Source: a virus (taxonomy: Duplodnaviria > Caudoviricetes). Taken from it: DNA of 52,110 nucleotides. Location: the IMG/VR virus record IMGVR_UViG_3300009528_000003, positions 1-52,110 of that record. The stretch is one strand, 5' to 3'. The notes beneath the pieces were generated by a model. It saw only the letters and a list, made by a program, of their open reading frames with translations. It was not told where the DNA came from and made no database searches. The first letter of the stretch is position 1; each line of letters opens with the position of its first letter. A program made the position numbers and the translations under genes. Shown here one piece after another: positions 7,975 through 16,737 of the stretch.

Positions 7975-9754
7975 TGCTGAAATCTGGTCGAAACGCTGGC
8001 AACAAGCCAAAGTCCACCCCTGGCCATTCCTGAAATACTTCGTCAGTACCTGGGATGAGCATGACCGTACCGAGAATGCCATGTCCAAGCCCTTTCCGAT
8101 CAAGGCTATGTACCGAATCATCACCCGCTGCTGGCTCGAATATGACATTCTCTTCATTGAGAAGAGTCGGCAGATAATGATGACGTGGCTGATGACCGCC
8201 CTTTTTCTCTGGGATGGACTTTTCCACCGTGTAACACGAACATTTTTCCAATCGAAGAAAGAGGAGGATGCGGCGGCTATTCTTGACCGTGCTCGCCATA
8301 TTTACGAGGAACTCGTTAAACTGGGTTCACTCGTGACCGGTGATATTCCAGAGGTCAAAAGGGTCGGCAAAAAGACAGGGACTGATCTGGAACTTGTCTT
8401 CCCCTCGGTAAAAGGCAGGATCAACGCTATCCCACAAGGCCCGGATATTGTCCGTTCCTACACCTGGTCGGGTGGTTTGGGCGACGAGATGAATCATCAG
8501 CCGAAGTTCGGGGACGGCTTTGCAGCGGTGATTCCCGGTATCTCCGGTGGGGGCAAGTTCACTGGGATAGGGACGCCAAATGGTAAAACAGCCGCTTGGC
8601 GTATGCTCTACGGTATCCCTAAGGGCAAAGACGAACCGGCGGGGCCGAATATCTTTGACTCAGACCTTATCGAAACTAAGCGTTTTATCCCACCGCCTGA
8701 CTTGGACGAAGAGCAACAACGCCGTTGGATAGATCAAGCTATAGTCAGCCTGCCGGATGAGGAATTCAATGCTATCCCGCTCGTGGAACTGGTAGCGGCT
8801 ATGCCCGGAATGCGCCTCTGGCAAACCTGTGAGAGCGGCTATAGCCTCAGTGTACACTACAGCGCCGATCCCGATAAAAGCCCCCAAACAACAGTAGGTC
8901 GGGCATGGATAGCTGCCGAGAAAAAGCGGATCAAAGACCGGGTGAGGTGGAACCGTGAGTACGAGATTGATTATTCCAGCCCAGAAGGAACGGCAGTTAT
9001 TGAGAACTGGGACGATGACCTCTTTGTCAGCAAAGAACCGATTGAATACAACCCCAACGAGACCCTTTATCTCGCAGTGGACTTTGGGACTGTCGCTGCT
9101 GTTGTTTGCTTTGCACAGTATGTCTACCTCAAAGAGTTCAAGGCTCATCAGATCAGGATTCTGGATGAGATACTCCTGAAAAGTTCGGACAGCTTTCAAC
9201 TGGCCGATGGTGCCATACAGAAAATGCGAATGCTTTTCAGCTATGCTCTCGATTCCCGCCATTTTAGAACCCATTGTGATCCCGCCGGCAACCAGACCAG
9301 TCCCACAACTTCCAATAAATCTCTAAACACTGACATCAAGATTTTTAGGCACAAGGGATTATTCCCGCAGAGTAGGAAGTTTGGAATAACTGAGTCTACT
9401 GATTTTGTCAAAGCAGTCTTTAATAATATGCTCGGTGAAAAAACTCCCGGTGTTCTTATAGACCCAAGATGCAAATACCTGATTAGCTGTCTTGAGGGCG
9501 GTTGGCATTACCCGCAGAGCAGCGCCAACGATGGACAGCCTAAGCCTGCGAAAGACGGTGTGTGGGATCATGGTGGGGACGTAATACGCATCCTGTTCAA
9601 CAATGTCATCAAGACACAGGACATTTACCGGATGCCCTCATATCGTGTTGTTCGCAAACCTATCAGGGAAAAGCAATCGGGTCGTGTTGTCGGTTGGGAT
9701 CGTCCTGTTAAAATAAAAACCAGACGTTTAGGGGACAGAACCTGTGCCGCGTAA
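7961..9754 (+). CDS. terL: Terminase large subunit
   Basis: Walker A-like EKSRQIMMTW, Walker B ...DE, GTPNG coupling motif, nuclease AVDFG and DHGGD; GAGG RBS at ATG 7961. Confidence 0.92.
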   Translation: MPSVDAEIWSKRWQQAKVHPWPFLKYFVSTWDEHDRTENAMSKPFPIKAMYRIITRCWLEYDILFIEKSRQIMMTWLMTALFLWDGLFHRVTRTFFQSKKEEDAAAILDRARHIYEELVKLGSLVTGDIPEVKRVGKKTGTDLELVFPSVKGRINAIPQGPDIVRSYTWSGGLGDEMNHQPKFGDGFAAVIPGISGGGKFTGIGTPNGKTAAWRMLYGIPKGKDEPAGPNIFDSDLIETKRFIPPPDLDEEQQRRWIDQAIVSLPDEEFNAIPLVELVAAMPGMRLWQTCESGYSLSVHYSADPDKSPQTTVGRAWIAAEKKRIKDRVRWNREYEIDYSSPEGTAVIENWDDDLFVSKEPIEYNPNETLYLAVDFGTVAAVVCFAQYVYLKEFKAHQIRILDEILLKSSDSFQLADGAIQKMRMLFSYALDSRHFRTHCDPAGNQTSPTTSNKSLNTDIKIFRHKGLFPQSRKFGITESTDFVKAVFNNMLGEKTPGVLIDPRCKYLISCLEGGWHYPQSSANDGQPKPAKDGVWDHGGDVIRILFNNVIKTQDIYRMPSYRVVRKPIREKQSGRVVGWDRPVKIKTRRLGDRTCAA

Positions 9755-11768
9755 AAAACGAACAGTGAAACTCAAGCGTATCGACTATGTGCCCGTTCAG
9801 GATATGACCGATGCCGAAGTTGTAGACTACGTTGCGACCACGAAGCGTCGTGCCGTCAAAGCCAAAGACGACGGGTTCAAAAGGTGTAAGGACTACCGCC
9901 GGATGTATATGGCACTTGACCCCTCGGATGATGTTATTAACGAATCCTCTGGGAAGATTGACGAGGACAAGCGGATGTATTCCAGAACCTACCTGCCGAT
10001 AGGCGCTGCGCTCGTGGATGCCGCCGCTACTCAGCTTTACAATTTCTTCTTTCACAATGAAGATTACTTTGAGATCGTCCCGGAAGAATGGGTTGATACC
10101 CTGCGAGCTTTCCGTATCACCGAACATCTGAAAAAACGCCACAGGGAAATGAAGTTCCGCAACAAGGTCTATCAGCTATTACAGATGATAGGTGTCTTCG
10201 ACTACGCCGTGAGTTTTACACGGTGGAAACTGAGAGGCGGATACGTCCAGAAACGCAAGAACGAAGTCACTCGTTTTGAATACGGGGGCATGAGTTTTCC
10301 GTACCGGGAAGTCAAAATCGAAACCGAATGGATGCACAATGCGGTAGATCGCTGTGATCTTGAGATTATTTCGTATTTCAACTGTGCCCATGATCCAGAA
10401 GCTAAAGACGGCTTTGATGATAGTCGGTACTTTATTGACTGGCGCAAGGAACCAGTTTCAGAACTTATAGGTCTTGCAGAGACTAAAGATCAACCTTGGG
10501 GTAAGTACAAGAATCTCGACAAGGTTATCGGTGCTCAGGGCACTCAAAGTGATGCCAGTGGCGCTGAACAGCACGATCCGGTCACAAGAGAGAGCGAACA
10601 CCAAGAAGACCTCATTAAAATAGATAGACTGTGGACGCCGGATCATGTAGTCGAGGTTGCTGACGGATTTGTAATCAGCCGCACCAACATAGACGGTTAT
10701 CCACTACAGAAGTGGGGCTGCTATAATGCCGCCTCCGAGTTCCGAAGCATTGGCGTTCTCGAACGCATAGAGCGTAACGGTCTGGATATCAATGCCATTA
10801 TCAACCAAAGGCGTGATGCTCAGAACCTGATGAATAACCCGTTTGTCATTATGGATGAAGACCTTGTAGGTCTTGAAGATGACAGCCCGGAAATCTATCC
10901 CGGTAAGGTTATGACCTCCTCCGGCGGTATACCCAAAGAAAAGATATACGTTTATCAGCCAGGAGTCGACACCTCCCAATCTATGACGATGGAGCTATCG
11001 CTTCAACTTGATGTGATTAAAGAACTGGTGGCTATCGGTAGCAACCAGATGGCGAACTTCACGCCAGGCCGGACAACGGCACGAGAGGTTTCAGCGGTGG
11101 CTGCCGGATCAATGTCACGGGCGGCGTTGATTGCCTCTAACCTCGAAGATAATTGTCTGCTCCCGATTTACAACCGGATGTTCCTCTTGGAGCAACTGAA
11201 CCTTTCCCAGTCAGAGCAATTTCGATATGAAGGGCCGAACGGCGCAGGATTCCTGATAATTAGACCTGAAGATTATCGCTGGTCATCGACTCCCCGCTTC
11301 AGAGCTAAAGGAGCACAACACTTAGAGAATAAAGATGTGCGTATAGCGCAGATGAGTATGCTATTGAAAGCTGCTACGGAGATACCGGGGATTGCCGATG
11401 CACGGGCTATTTTCCTTGATCTCGCTCAAATGCTTTCTCCGAAGAGCTATCATAAGTACGTAAAAGACCCACGCCGAAAACAGTACAACATCCCGCCGCA
11501 AGTTGAGAATCAGATGCTGGCACTGGGGCATCAGGTTCCGGTATCACAAGAGAATAATCATCAAGAGCACCTGACGGTTCATAGTCAAATCCTAAACGGC
11601 AAGGACTATCAAATCTGGCCGGAGAATATGAAACTTAACCACAAGGCACATATACAACAGCACCAGCAGGCAATGAAGATGGCTCAAGGAATGGTTCGTC
11701 AACCACAGGGGAGCCAAGACCAGTCTGATGCTATGCGAGGGGTTAGAGGTGCGGAGGTACGGCGATGA
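9744..11768 (+). CDS. Portal protein
   Basis: 674 aa after terL; TTAREV motif; Q-rich C-terminus typical of P22/podovirus-type portals. Confidence 0.85.
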   Translation: MPRKKRTVKLKRIDYVPVQDMTDAEVVDYVATTKRRAVKAKDDGFKRCKDYRRMYMALDPSDDVINESSGKIDEDKRMYSRTYLPIGAALVDAAATQLYNFFFHNEDYFEIVPEEWVDTLRAFRITEHLKKRHREMKFRNKVYQLLQMIGVFDYAVSFTRWKLRGGYVQKRKNEVTRFEYGGMSFPYREVKIETEWMHNAVDRCDLEIISYFNCAHDPEAKDGFDDSRYFIDWRKEPVSELIGLAETKDQPWGKYKNLDKVIGAQGTQSDASGAEQHDPVTRESEHQEDLIKIDRLWTPDHVVEVADGFVISRTNIDGYPLQKWGCYNAASEFRSIGVLERIERNGLDINAIINQRRDAQNLMNNPFVIMDEDLVGLEDDSPEIYPGKVMTSSGGIPKEKIYVYQPGVDTSQSMTMELSLQLDVIKELVAIGSNQMANFTPGRTTAREVSAVAAGSMSRAALIASNLEDNCLLPIYNRMFLLEQLNLSQSEQFRYEGPNGAGFLIIRPEDYRWSSTPRFRAKGAQHLENKDVRIAQMSMLLKAATEIPGIADARAIFLDLAQMLSPKSYHKYVKDPRRKQYNIPPQVENQMLALGHQVPVSQENNHQEHLTVHSQILNGKDYQIWPENMKLNHKAHIQQHQQAMKMAQGMVRQPQGSQDQSDAMRGVRGAEVRR

Positions 11769-12013
11769 GCCTTAAAGATATGTCCCGTGAACAGTTGCTG
11801 GTCTACAAGGATCAGCTTGAACACAACCCAGTCTTCGTGTCACTAATGGCATTCTTAGAGGCAAAAGTTCAAGCAATGAAACAAGTGTTCTTTCAAGTGT
11901 CTATGGATGGCGCAGGTCAAAAGGAACGTGCCTATAGGATCAAGCACTTTGAAGAACTGATAACAATAATCAAAACAAAACTCGAAAACACTGGAAAGGA
12001 TAACAAGAAATGA
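11765..12013 (+). CDS. Small helical head-associated hypothetical protein
   Basis: Position between portal and scaffold. Confidence 0.6.
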   Translation: MSLKDMSREQLLVYKDQLEHNPVFVSLMAFLEAKVQAMKQVFFQVSMDGAGQKERAYRIKHFEELITIIKTKLENTGKDNKK

Positions 12014-12825
12014 CAGACCAAACCACGCAGGCCGGTGGAAGCGGTGACTTAGCCGTCAATCCCGGTAGCGCAAAGCCTAACCCGAAGACTGAGCAGGTCG
12101 GTGGAAGCCCTGATACAGGGGTCGATTCCGACTCGAAGGATAAAGGTACGGCACCGTCCGCAGAAGAGTTGACCAAACAAGTCACCGCTCTGACTAAAGA
12201 GCGTGATGATGCCTTTACTGAACGTGATGGTCTGAAAAAGACTGTCGGCGATCAAGGGAATGTAATTGGTCAGCATAACAAAATGGTCTCTTTGCTCGAA
12301 AATGATCCAAGGGGCTTCCTCCAACATCTTGCCGACCAAGAGGGCGTCAAGATTCGCATTGAGGATGACGGTTCGACTAAACTGCCCGGTGTCACTGATG
12401 ATGACGGTGCCGTCGATCAGACGAAGATGGCTCGCTTTATTGATGATAGGGCAGCGAAAGCAGCTAAGGCGGCAACAGCCGGAGATCGTGCTCTCATGGC
12501 AGATTTCTATCTCAGGCAGAAACACACTGACTGGGATGCCCTGAGTGATGATCGCAAAGCGATTAACTTGGCTCAACGAACGGGACAATTACCCACTGGT
12601 GAGATTCTGCACTTTGCTGCACAAGGTATGAGGATGTCCAAAGTCCTTGAAGAAGCAACGAAGGCTTCTGACCAAAAGGGTTACGATAGAGCAATCGAAG
12701 AGATCAAAAATAAGATCAAAGGTGGTCATGCGGACGCGGGTGGTCATGGAGAACCTCCAAAGCCCGAAGAGCAAACGAGCAAAAAAAGGTTCGACACTGC
12801 GCTTCGAGCAATGAAGGAAACCTAA
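12010..12825 (+). CDS. Capsid scaffolding protein
   Basis: Low-complexity N-terminus and coiled coil, immediately upstream of the capsid gene. Confidence 0.7.
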   Translation: MTDQTTQAGGSGDLAVNPGSAKPNPKTEQVGGSPDTGVDSDSKDKGTAPSAEELTKQVTALTKERDDAFTERDGLKKTVGDQGNVIGQHNKMVSLLENDPRGFLQHLADQEGVKIRIEDDGSTKLPGVTDDDGAVDQTKMARFIDDRAAKAAKAATAGDRALMADFYLRQKHTDWDALSDDRKAINLAQRTGQLPTGEILHFAAQGMRMSKVLEEATKASDQKGYDRAIEEIKNKIKGGHADAGGHGEPPKPEEQTSKKRFDTALRAMKET

Positions 12826-12847
12826 TTTGTAATTTAGGAGACCTACA

Positions 12848-14065
12848 ATGGCACTACCCAAAGACGTAACCCAATATATGGGGATTACGGACACCGAGGA
12901 TCGCCTTACCGCTACCCTTGATCCTACTCAACCCTTCGAGATCGGTGCCGAGATTTACCGTTGGAACCCGAACGAACACCAACTCTTGGCTTGGGTGATG
13001 AGAAACGCAAGGCGCAAGCCAACCGTGGCCAGCCGCTTTGGACACGTTGAGAAATCACACCTGCCAAACTGGGTTAAGTACATCGGGAATGAGTCTGACG
13101 GTGCGTATGCGGACGAAAGTTCGCAGCAAACCACCGGCCTTCACTTTGAAAATGGCAACAGCCGTCTTACTCTGTACAGCCGGTTAAGGACGCCGCACGG
13201 AGAGGTTATTGAACTCTCTGCGGATATGGCGACCACTACCGATGTTACTGCTGGCGTCATACGCAACCTCGGAACCAGCGGAACCCCTCTCCTGAAGGTA
13301 GGCGACTGGTGTAAGATCATATCACCGGGTGTACCCGAAGGGGCGGATATGGGCGAAGGCCCACAGCAAACCGGCGTCTACAAGACATTTAGAACCGGCA
13401 TCATTGACCATCCGGTTCAGATGACTGGAACCAGAGCCGCCGAGAAGTTCATTGATGGTGATCCCTTTGTGCAGGCTCTCAAGGATGCTTGGGAAGCCTC
13501 CGAGGATCAGCTTGAATCAGCCATTCTGTTTTCCGCTCATAAGGAAGACACCACCACCTTCACCTATCCCCTGCACACTTTCACCGGAATGGAAACCTTC
13601 ATTTCAACTAATGTGTGGGCGATTGATGGCGTTATGTCGCGGATGGATTTCTGGGACATCATCGCCACTTGGCACAAGTATTACAAGGGAAAAGGCGCAG
13701 TCGTTTGCTCCGGTGAGTTGGTTCAGCTCATCAATACTTGGGCTTTCCACAAGGTACTTTACAACCAGGACTTGAAGAAAGACGGCATTAACATCTCTCA
13801 GATAGTAACTCCGGCGAAGGCCGATCTGGACTTAGTTCAGTGCGACTTACTTGGCCAGGAGGGGAATCTGCAAGGAATGATGCTGTTGCTACCGGCGGAC
13901 AAGATTGACTACCGGCCTCTCATCGGCAACCAGAATCGTGAAATCGCCTACTTACCAGTCGACCGTGACGAGAAAGACCTGAAGGAAGGTCACATCTTCG
14001 GCGAGGTTGGCTTCGAGTATCGTGGCGAGCAGAACTTTGGCCTTGTAACCGGAATCGAATTCTAA
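12848..14065 (+). CDS. Major capsid protein
   Basis: 405 aa; strong RBS; synteny; HK97-like C-terminal strand pattern (GHIFGEVGFEYRGEQNFGLVTGI). Confidence 0.8.
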   Translation: MALPKDVTQYMGITDTEDRLTATLDPTQPFEIGAEIYRWNPNEHQLLAWVMRNARRKPTVASRFGHVEKSHLPNWVKYIGNESDGAYADESSQQTTGLHFENGNSRLTLYSRLRTPHGEVIELSADMATTTDVTAGVIRNLGTSGTPLLKVGDWCKIISPGVPEGADMGEGPQQTGVYKTFRTGIIDHPVQMTGTRAAEKFIDGDPFVQALKDAWEASEDQLESAILFSAHKEDTTTFTYPLHTFTGMETFISTNVWAIDGVMSRMDFWDIIATWHKYYKGKGAVVCSGELVQLINTWAFHKVLYNQDLKKDGINISQIVTPAKADLDLVQCDLLGQEGNLQGMMLLLPADKIDYRPLIGNQNREIAYLPVDRDEKDLKEGHIFGEVGFEYRGEQNFGLVTGIEF

Positions 14066-14079
14066 GGAGGTGATGAGAA

Positions 14080-14904
14080 ATGCAAGACCATATTAGACCT
14101 GAAGATTGGAAATACACCAGTGTTGATTTTGGTGATGATAAGTCCGTTCTATTTCGGATCAAGTATATTGGTTCGGAAGTATCGGCGATAGTCAGCATTG
14201 ACTCGGCTGGTGACATGACCTTCGAACACGGTGCTTCTGGCTCAGAAGCAGCCGATGATGACACAGCCCTGGATGCTGGTGGGCTTGGAGTTATTGATAT
14301 TTCCGCTGATGTTGGCAACTACCATTCGCTTATGAACCGGATCAACAATTCCGATAATTGGCGGGCATGGTTGGTTGGCGCTTTGCCGGACGATGAGCCA
14401 CATACCACAACCACAGGTCACTTCACGGAATGCACTGGTGCTGATGGCGGTACTGGTGATTGTGATGTTGATGGTGGTTATGCCGTCACGACCGATGATT
14501 CCGACTCGAAGTACATCGTAGCTGGGATGACTTTTCAGGCGGAACCTGGTACAGCACACAACACTGACCATCAGGTGCTGCACGAACTGTACCGAGTTGT
14601 TGCCGTGGGTGCATACACCGGAGCCGGTACACTTAAAGCGTATGCCTGCGATGATGATGACGGAACCAGTGAACAGATCGCCAGTTGGCCTCTTGGTGCT
14701 ACCACTGTCGAGGTGGCATATCCCGCGGAAACCTATACTACAGGTTTGATCCCTATTGCAACTTGCAAAGGCAAGCGGCTGGCAGTGAAAATGGCAGCCG
14801 CCACAACCCTGGGAACCCTTGTCCGGCTGAAGATCGAAGGCCGGAGCTACGCCTTTGGCCCGGCGGTCGAGAAGGACAGACAGTACGTAGCCACGCTCGA
14901 TTGA
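14080..14904 (+). CDS. Putative capsid decoration or auxiliary head protein
   Basis: TAAGGAGG RBS; follows the capsid gene and precedes a terminator; beta-rich; no signal peptide. Confidence 0.5.
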   Translation: MQDHIRPEDWKYTSVDFGDDKSVLFRIKYIGSEVSAIVSIDSAGDMTFEHGASGSEAADDDTALDAGGLGVIDISADVGNYHSLMNRINNSDNWRAWLVGALPDDEPHTTTTGHFTECTGADGGTGDCDVDGGYAVTTDDSDSKYIVAGMTFQAEPGTAHNTDHQVLHELYRVVAVGAYTGAGTLKAYACDDDDGTSEQIASWPLGATTVEVAYPAETYTTGLIPIATCKGKRLAVKMAAATTLGTLVRLKIEGRSYAFGPAVEKDRQYVATLD

Positions 14905-14915
14905 GCGGCAATAAT

Positions 14916-14945
14916 GGGGCTGGGGGTAGTCCCCAGCCTCTTTAA
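14916..14945 (+). terminator. Intrinsic terminator after the capsid genes
   Basis: GGGGCTGGGG-GTAGT-CCCCAGCCTC-TTT. Confidence 0.65.
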
Positions 14946-14959
14946 CTAATGGAGGATTT

Positions 14960-15385
14960 ATGCTTTCAGGAAAAGCAGAATACAAGGTTGATGACTTGCC
15001 GATACCGGCCAGTTTTATCTCACATCGAAAGAAACTCAAGGTTTGGCTTGAACCAGTAGGGGTTGAACATGGGGCTGATGAGACCGTCAGGCGCAAACCG
15101 AATACAGGTTTGAGAATCGAGTTCAGGGACAGTCGGTACAACTGCATCAACAAGAAAGTGCTCAGGAAATTGATGGAGAGCAAACACTACAATAATGTGG
15201 GTACTGGCTATTGGCCTGATCCCGCTGATCCGTCCGGTTTCTGGCGTACTCTCGGATTTGTCCAAACAGAGAAGGTAACGATAGTCGTCAATGCCGGACA
15301 GAGTCCTGCAAGCTGGGGCGACATCGACCTGAAAAAGCTCAAAGAATCCGAAGGCCAAAAGTTTGAACCACTGAGGGTTATCTGA
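14960..15385 (+). CDS. Hypothetical virion-module protein
   Basis: GGAGG RBS; synteny. Confidence 0.65.
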   Translation: MLSGKAEYKVDDLPIPASFISHRKKLKVWLEPVGVEHGADETVRRKPNTGLRIEFRDSRYNCINKKVLRKLMESKHYNNVGTGYWPDPADPSGFWRTLGFVQTEKVTIVVNAGQSPASWGDIDLKKLKESEGQKFEPLRVI

Positions 15386-15389
15386 TGAC

Positions 15390-16070
15390 ATGAGTTCCAA
15401 AGCAACCATAGTCCAGCGGTTGATGGATGAGTTTGGAAAAGATTCCCAAGCCGCCAGACAACAGATAGAGCAAGCTGTAGGTGAGATTACGGTTGATCTC
15501 CTGTCTCAGAACCAAGGTAGGTTTCTTGGACTGGAGAAGACACTCTCAATCACGATCAATAATACCGATACCGAGTATCGCCTGCCCGCCGATTTCAACA
15601 CCGCCAAAAAGACCTTCTATGAAGTTAACTCGGATGGTGACTATATCGCTGAGTGTATGTGTCTCAGTAAATCCGAAGTCCAAAACCGAATGAGTGAGGG
15701 AGCCTACAGTGGCTACCGGCTGGCTTATATCAGGCGTAACATACTTGGTGCATCCGGGCGTGGTGACTATCTCGTTATTGCTGATGCCCCCGATGAGACC
15801 AAGTATTTTGAGTTTGATTACTACCGTGAACCTACTGAGAACGACACTGACGTTATTCGCAACGATCATATCGTGATGACCGGAGCAAGAGGTCTGTTGC
15901 CGCAATTTGTGGACATGGACAGGGCGGCTTACCAGACCGGAATCTACAGCAGGATGCGGGACGGGTTCAGGGAACATCCCGAGAAGCGGAAAACCAAGAG
16001 GATCATGCTTCCGTCCAAACGTATAGGCAATCATAACAGGCGGATGTATGAGAGAAGTCAAAGGAACTGA
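15390..16070 (+). CDS. Head-tail adaptor (tubular protein A-like), no signal peptide
   Basis: N-terminal helices, then TEYRLPADF motif; synteny. Confidence 0.65.
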   Translation: MSSKATIVQRLMDEFGKDSQAARQQIEQAVGEITVDLLSQNQGRFLGLEKTLSITINNTDTEYRLPADFNTAKKTFYEVNSDGDYIAECMCLSKSEVQNRMSEGAYSGYRLAYIRRNILGASGRGDYLVIADAPDETKYFEFDYYREPTENDTDVIRNDHIVMTGARGLLPQFVDMDRAAYQTGIYSRMRDGFREHPEKRKTKRIMLPSKRIGNHNRRMYERSQRN

Positions 16071-16071
16071 T

Positions 16072-16737
16072 ATGGCAATACGAAAAGGGCATCTGACGGC
16101 TTTGCTCCTGATATTCTTGGCCTTGTTGTTTCTGATTCTGGTTTCACCAAGCCAAGGGAAAACCGCTGCCGAGATGATCGCTGACTTTCGTATTCTGACG
16201 GATGAGGACACAACTCGTGGGTCACTGGTAACGGATTCGGAAGTCTTGGTGTATTTGGATAATGCACAGGATAAAATTGTTCGCATTGGTGGATACCTTA
16301 AAAAAAGCACAGATGTCATCTGTAGCAATGATAGCAATAGCTATGGGCTACCACTTGCTTTTCGCAGATTAGACGGCATTGTCGTATTTGCTATGAACGA
16401 AGGCTTTAAGTGGACTAAGGTTTTTAACAATCCGTTCTTTATGGTAGACACAACTGTCTATCAATACTATATCAGTTGGTCTCACCCAGACAGTGCGAAA
16501 ATATATTTCAAGGGTGATTTCTGGGAGGGTGATACAATCAGGGTGTCCTATACTGGTGATGCGGCTGATCTGGATACTCTTACCGACACCTGTGAGGTGC
16601 CCACCGACCTACAGACCTTCATCATCGAGGAAGCCATTGCCAACTACGAACGGGCAAAAAGAAATCACCAAGTCCAGTGGCAGACTCAAACTCAAGTGCG
16701 TAGAGATATGGGAATTCTAAAGCAGGTGGAACCATGA
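16072..16737 (+). CDS. Second adaptor-like protein with N-terminal signal peptide
   Basis: MAIRK + hydrophobic core + SQG; mature part TAAEMIADFR...DSEVLVYLDNAQ...SYGLP resembles podovirus adaptor proteins. Confidence 0.65.
   Translation: MAIRKGHLTALLLIFLALLFLILVSPSQGKTAAEMIADFRILTDEDTTRGSLVTDSEVLVYLDNAQDKIVRIGGYLKKSTDVICSNDSNSYGLPLAFRRLDGIVVFAMNEGFKWTKVFNNPFFMVDTTVYQYYISWSHPDSAKIYFKGDFWEGDTIRVSYTGDAADLDTLTDTCEVPTDLQTFIIEEAIANYERAKRNHQVQWQTQTQVRRDMGILKQVEP

Noticed and set aside
14242-16337. Long antisense ORFs (313 aa at 14242-15183, 263 aa at 15546-16337) and similar shadows elsewhere
   Set aside because: They lie opposite well-supported structural genes, with no RBS or recognisable motifs.
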